DNA from: Minisyncoccota bacterium
GTDB lineage: Bacteria > Patescibacteriota > Minisyncoccia > UBA6257
Assembly (NCBI GenBank): GCA_028695015.1
Contig: JAQVJR010000001.1
Location: 33,645 to 97,644 of the forward strand
DNA: 64,000 nt
Reading direction: 5' to 3'
Each line of letters opens with the position of its first letter. Position 1 is the first letter of the stretch. The notes under the pieces are model-generated. The model worked only from the letters and a program-made list of their open reading frames with translations, did not search any database and was not told the DNA's origin. The position numbers and the translations under genes were made by a program. Positions 59,546-64,000 of the stretch are shown here, one piece after another.

Positions 59546-59740
59546 TTATGAAGAAATATCTTTTACTAAGCGCTTACGACAACTTGTGCAAATCAACATT
59601 CTTTTCCCATCAGGCATTCTAAACCATTGTAGATTAGGATGTTGGCGATGACGAGCCACTGGATTAAAAACAGAACGTATTTTTCGATAACGCACTGCTT
59701 TCTGATATGTTTTTCCACAAATTCCACAAATTCGAGGCAT
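59546..59740 (-). CDS. rpmB: ribosomal protein L28
   Basis: 64 aa with …FNPVARHRQHPNLQ… and CxxC pairs. Confidence 0.8.
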   Translation of the reverse strand: MPRICGICGKTYQKAVRYRKIRSVFNPVARHRQHPNLQWFRMPDGKRMLICTSCRKRLVKDISS

Positions 59741-59922
59741 AATAATAAATTAAAGTTAAATAGAGGGCCTTGTCTGAACTTAAGGTCGAATCAGCCTAGT
59801 ATCAAGTGGGTGTTCGCGCCTTTATCCCGCAGGACAAAGAATACTGAACTCCCTTAAGATAATCCACGTCCTGATTCATTCCTTAATCTAACAAGACCCA
59901 GTGAATATTATAGCACAAAAAA

Positions 59923-61344
59923 TTAAGGATTTAAAGTTTTAAGATGAAGCTCTTTTAACTGTTTTTCATCTATGATTGAAGGCGCTTCCATCATTAAATC
60001 CCTACCATCACCTGTTTTTGGAAAAGCAATTACTTCCCGAATGCTAGGCTCATCCTGAAGCAACATTACAATTCTATCTAAGCCTAAGGCAATACCACCA
60101 TGCGGAGGCGTGCCATATCTAAAAGCTTTTAAAAGATGACCAAACTTCATAGAAATTTCTTCAGGTTGATGACCTAAGATTTGAAAAATTGCTTCTAATA
60201 ATTCAGGTTCTGAGATTCTAATTGAGCCACCACCTATTTCATTACCATTTAACACACAGTCATATTGATCAGCTAGAGGTAACTGAGGATCTTTTTTAAT
60301 TCTTTGAACAGCTTGCTCTATGGTTTCTCCTGGCTCTATCTTTGGCTTGGTAAATGGATGATGAACTGCCCCCCATCTTTTATCTTCTTTTTTCCATTCA
60401 AAAAGAGGGAAATTAACCACAAAAGCAAAAGCTAATTCATCAGGGTCTTTTTCTCCTTTAGAATTAGTTTCTCTTAAATCAGGCCTATCGCTCTGATATT
60501 TATCCATTGCCTCTTGATAAGTAATCCTAGGAAAAGGAAATTCTTTAATTTTCTTATTAGGATAAATTTTTGTAACCAATTCTTTAAAAAGTTGTTCAAT
60601 TAATTGAAGAATATCTTCTTGGGTAGGAAAATCCATTTCCAAGTCTAACTGAGTAAATTCTGGTTGCCGATCCCCTCGAGTATCTTCATCTCTAAAACAA
60701 CGAGCAATTTGAAAATATCTCTCAATCCCAGAAACCATTAATAGTTGCTTGTATTGTTGTGGACTTTGAGGCAAAGCATAGAATTTTCCTGGCTCTAAAC
60801 GAGAAGGAACCACATAATCCCGAGCGCCTTCTGGAGTTGATTTTGTTAAAATTGGTGTTTCTATTTCTATAAAATCCTTAGTTGAAAGAAAATCTCTAAT
60901 GAATTTTATTATCAAATGGCGATTAATCAAATTATCTCTTAAACGCTGAGAACGTAAATCCAAATACCTGTACTTTAACCGTGTTTCTTCATTTACAGTT
61001 TTAGCATCAGAAATTTCAAAAGGTAAGGCATCAGCTTCACTAACAACTTTTAATTCTTCTGCTTCAATTTCTATTTTCCCAGTTGCAATCTTAGGATTTT
61101 GCATATTCTCAGGCCGAGAATTAACCTTTCCCTTAATCTCAATAACCCATTCTGCTCTTAATTTTTCTGCTAGTTTATAGATTTCTTTTTTTTCTGGAGA
61201 AAAAACTACCTGTATTTTTCCTGTCTTGTCTCGCAAATCAATAAAAATAATCTGACCATGGTCACGACGAGAATCAACCCAACCATAAACTTGTATCTCT
61301 TCATTAAGATGCTTAGGAGTTTCTTTTATCCAAATTCTAGCCAT
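59923..61344 (-). CDS. aspS: aspartyl-tRNA synthetase (short form lacking GAD insertion)
   Basis: Class II motifs FRDED, GGGSIR and GLDR. QSPQQYKQLLM as in AspRS. Confidence 0.8.
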   Translation of the reverse strand: MARIWIKETPKHLNEEIQVYGWVDSRRDHGQIIFIDLRDKTGKIQVVFSPEKKEIYKLAEKLRAEWVIEIKGKVNSRPENMQNPKIATGKIEIEAEELKVVSEADALPFEISDAKTVNEETRLKYRYLDLRSQRLRDNLINRHLIIKFIRDFLSTKDFIEIETPILTKSTPEGARDYVVPSRLEPGKFYALPQSPQQYKQLLMVSGIERYFQIARCFRDEDTRGDRQPEFTQLDLEMDFPTQEDILQLIEQLFKELVTKIYPNKKIKEFPFPRITYQEAMDKYQSDRPDLRETNSKGEKDPDELAFAFVVNFPLFEWKKEDKRWGAVHHPFTKPKIEPGETIEQAVQRIKKDPQLPLADQYDCVLNGNEIGGGSIRISEPELLEAIFQILGHQPEEISMKFGHLLKAFRYGTPPHGGIALGLDRIVMLLQDEPSIREVIAFPKTGDGRDLMMEAPSIIDEKQLKELHLKTLNP

Positions 61345-61410
61345 ATTTTTAAATTAAGTTATTGATTTTATTTTTATTTTATAACAAATAGCCTAATAAA
61401 GCAACTCTTA

Positions 61411-62238
61411 TCATAGCCTATCTAATTTTAACCGAATAGTACCTTCTAAATCTGTTCGTAAAATCTTAGCCCCTATTTGCTCTAATCTTTCTAAAACTTC
61501 AGGATGAGGATGGCCATAACTATTCTTGCCAACTTCTATAATTGCATAATTTGGTTCAAAAGCCTGCAAGAACTCTCTAGAAGAAGAAAAACGAGAACCA
61601 TGATGAGCAACTTTTAACACTCTAATCCCTTGCTTATTCTTTTCAAGAAAAGGAATTAATTTTTGCTCTTGCTGACTACCAATATCTCCAGTAAACAAAA
61701 AACTGTTTTGATTCAAATTAAGATAAGCTACCAAACAAAAATCATTAGGATCTTGAGCTGAAGAAACCATTGTTTCTGGATAAATAATCTGTAAATAATT
61801 TTCACCCAAACTTACCTTTATGCCTTGAAAGCCCTGAATCACTAAAATATCCCTTTTATAAAACTCTTGGAGAAGTTTTTGATATTGTGAATTATTATGA
61901 AAAACATTATTCAACATTACTGCTCTCACTTTGTATCTATCTAATAATTCAAGCATGCCATAAAAATGATCCTTTTCAGGATGAGATAGAATAAATAAAT
62001 CTATTACTTGGTCAAAAAAAGGAAAAACCTCGCCCAAAGTAGTAACAATTTTAGAGCTTGGCCCTGCATCAATTAAAATATTACCTGCTAATGATTGAAT
62101 TAATTCTGCATCACCTTGACCTACATCAAGAAAACTCACTTTTTCCTCTTTTAAGTAAAAAATTTCACTAATAATCCAAAGATTAAATAAATTAACACTA
62201 ATTAGAATTATTAAAAAATATTTTATTAATTGATTCAT
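61411..62238 (-). CDS. ComEC/Rec2 C-terminal metallo-beta-lactamase domain protein (separate ORF with own signal-anchor)
   Basis: LDVGQGDAELIQ (compare ComEC LDVGQGDA) and HxHxDH-type motifs. Starts 4 nt after the upstream ORF's stop, in a different frame. Confidence 0.7.
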   Translation of the reverse strand: MNQLIKYFLIILISVNLFNLWIISEIFYLKEEKVSFLDVGQGDAELIQSLAGNILIDAGPSSKIVTTLGEVFPFFDQVIDLFILSHPEKDHFYGMLELLDRYKVRAVMLNNVFHNNSQYQKLLQEFYKRDILVIQGFQGIKVSLGENYLQIIYPETMVSSAQDPNDFCLVAYLNLNQNSFLFTGDIGSQQEQKLIPFLEKNKQGIRVLKVAHHGSRFSSSREFLQAFEPNYAIIEVGKNSYGHPHPEVLERLEQIGAKILRTDLEGTIRLKLDRL

Positions 62239-62242
62239 ATTT

Positions 62243-63670
62243 TTATTGATTTTTTTTACGATAATACAAAAATACTAAAAGATAATAAGGCAATATTAAC
62301 CAGCGTAAAATATAAGGGAGAGAAATTTCTGCCCAAGACAAATTAGCAAAATAAGCAATTACTTTTACAAAATAGACTAAAATAATATTAAGCCAAAACC
62401 CTAAAAATAATCCTACGGGATGAATTAACAAAGATAAAATAGCTGTTAACACACCTCCACCTAATACCAAAGGAGCTAAAGGAATAACTAAAACATTAAC
62501 TAAAGGAGCCACTAAAGAAACATTTTGTGTTTTAAAAATCAGCCAAGGAATAACTAAAAATGATGCTGCAAAACAAGAAAGAATTGTTTGCTTAAATATT
62601 TGTCCTGCTTGATTATTAAAAAAGCTCTTTTGCCAAAAACAACCTTGATCCCAGATTGGATAAAATAATAATATCCCTGCGGTAGCTAAAAAAGAAAGTT
62701 GAAACCCCAAATCATAAAACAAAAGAAAGGGTTTTAACCAAACCATTGTTAATCCTGCTAAAAGTAAAGCATTAAGGGAATTATAAATACGAAAACTAAA
62801 ATGAGATAAGGTTAATAAAAAAGCCATTATTGCTGCTCGAATAATTGAAGGCGTTAATCCAGCCATAAAGGCAAAGCTCAATAAAAATAAATTAGAGCAA
62901 ATAAAATTTAAAAAATTACCAAAACTAAAGGCATTTAATAAATCTGAAAGTATTTTAACAAAAATAGATAAATGCAAACCTGAGGTAACTATAAAATGAG
63001 ATAAACCAGTTTTTCGAATATCTTTTTCTAAAGAATCAGTTAAGCTTTGTTTGCTGCCAAAAATAATACCACTTAAAAGACCTGATTGCGGTTCTGGAAT
63101 AACTTTTTGCAAACATTGAATCAATTTGTTTTTAAAAGTAATTGCCAATCCCCTAAAAGACAATTTTCTTGAAGAAATTAACTCTATCTTTGGATAGCTT
63201 AATTTTCCAGAAACAATATTTGAGCTATAAGAAAAGAAATCTTCCAAAGGTTGAATTTTACCTTCAATACGAATAATATCCCCAAATTGAAAACGAGGAA
63301 TTTTTTCAGCATAAATAACTACATTAGGAATAATTATTCTTTGATATTCATCTTTTAAAACTGGTTCTGCAACAATCATAGCTTCTATCTCTATCTCCTG
63401 AGTGTTTTTAATAGCTGACTTGTTTAATTTATCTGAGAAACTACTTTCTCGCCAAAACCCCATAAGAAAACTTAAAAAGATAAAAAAACAAACCAATATC
63501 TTCTTTTTAAAACCAACTTGAGACAGTTTTTGATTATTTAAAACCAAAACACAAACAGATAACCAAAGAACAAAGCTTATCTCTAGAGACAAGCCTAAAT
63601 GAGATAAAACTATTCCCATTAAAAAAGACGCCCCACTTTCACGGAAAAGACTTGAAAGAGAGAGCGTCAT
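62243..63670 (-). CDS. comEC: ComEC/Rec2 competence channel (DUF4131 + competence TM domain)
   Basis: 475 aa, polytopic, with an IVTSGLHLSIF motif. Confidence 0.7.
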   Translation of the reverse strand: MTLSLSSLFRESGASFLMGIVLSHLGLSLEISFVLWLSVCVLVLNNQKLSQVGFKKKILVCFFIFLSFLMGFWRESSFSDKLNKSAIKNTQEIEIEAMIVAEPVLKDEYQRIIIPNVVIYAEKIPRFQFGDIIRIEGKIQPLEDFFSYSSNIVSGKLSYPKIELISSRKLSFRGLAITFKNKLIQCLQKVIPEPQSGLLSGIIFGSKQSLTDSLEKDIRKTGLSHFIVTSGLHLSIFVKILSDLLNAFSFGNFLNFICSNLFLLSFAFMAGLTPSIIRAAIMAFLLTLSHFSFRIYNSLNALLLAGLTMVWLKPFLLFYDLGFQLSFLATAGILLFYPIWDQGCFWQKSFFNNQAGQIFKQTILSCFAASFLVIPWLIFKTQNVSLVAPLVNVLVIPLAPLVLGGGVLTAILSLLIHPVGLFLGFWLNIILVYFVKVIAYFANLSWAEISLPYILRWLILPYYLLVFLYYRKKNQ

Positions 63671-63672
63671 TT

Positions 63673-64000
63673 TTACCGTAAATTACATTCAGAAAAAAAT
63701 GGTTTTATTTTTACAATTAAAGCCTCAGCTTGTTCTTGAGGCCAACTATGAAAATTTAAAAAATTATCATCTAAGGTTTTTTCATTTTTAAATTGTTGAA
63801 GATAATAACGATCAGCTGGCTTTATCCAATCAACAATACCTAGGATATCTTTCTCTGTTAAAATTTCTGGAGCCAAAGTTGTTCTAAATTCATAATCAAC
63901 TTTACTTTTCTTTATTATCTTTATACTTTGATCTATTATTTCAGCTTTGATTTGTCCTTGAGTAAAAAGCTCATACTTTTCCTTTGGAGCTTTAATATCC
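63673..64000 (-). CDS. hypothetical protein, partial (TTG start in ORF track is internal; frame stays open to the window end)
   Basis: Hand-translating the reverse strand upstream of 63876 gives …KVDYEFRTTLAPEIL… with no stop. Confidence 0.35.
   Translation of the reverse strand, partial: DIKAPKEKYELFTQGQIKAEIIDQSIKIIKKSKVDYEFRTTLAPEILTEKDILGIVDWIKPADRYYLQQFKNEKTLDDNFLNFHSWPQEQAEALIVKIKPFFSECNLR

Noticed and set aside
1-64000. CRISPR arrays, transposases, integrases, prophage or rRNA operons
   Set aside because: No regularly spaced direct repeats with unique spacers were found, no DDE, tyrosine or serine recombinase-like ORFs, and no rRNA signature sequences. The repeated modules are separated by whole genes, not spacers.

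Overview
AT-rich (about one-third GC by eye) bacterial chromosome segment, standard genetic code, with nearly all genes on the minus strand. The core is 12.4-48.9 kb and 54.7-64 kb. It carries a contiguous str/S10/spc ribosomal cluster in the order rpsL-rpsG-fusA-tuf-rpsJ-rplC…rpsE-rplO-secY-adk-map, with no rpmD (L30) gene between rpsE and rplO. Other core genes are rplJ-rplL, four tRNAs (Val-CAC, Thr-CGT, Gly-CCC, Pro-GGG), an RNase P RNA, an iscS-iscU-mnmA plus-strand islet, murJ, lepA, ftsB-like, pgk/tpiA, rnhA, an nrnA-like gene, an AMP/thymidine-phosphorylase-family gene plus prs, rsmI, rarA, ndk, rpmB, aspS and a two-ORF ComEC. Gene content, the missing L30, extended ribosomal proteins and a minimal metabolism fit a CPR/Patescibacteria-like small genome; that assignment is inference. 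Two accessory regions (1-12.4 kb and 48.9-54.7 kb) encode secreted, membrane-anchored, Cys-rich and repeat-containing surface proteins and a GT2/GH-A exopolysaccharide module. They are punctuated by a highly conserved ~100-nt intergenic module in 7 full copies plus 2 variant hairpins. Each module holds a near-consensus sigma70 promoter (TTGACA-N16-TATACT, minus strand) followed by a two-tier hairpin whose stems show compensatory base changes between copies. A 0.9-kb gene-free island (6.33-7.25 kb) carries two promoter-to-terminator units that look like small RNAs. A recently duplicated two-gene cassette (anchor protein plus Cys-module protein) has a near-identical C-terminal domain and diverged N-terminal modules. 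No CRISPR array, transposase or integrase was seen.
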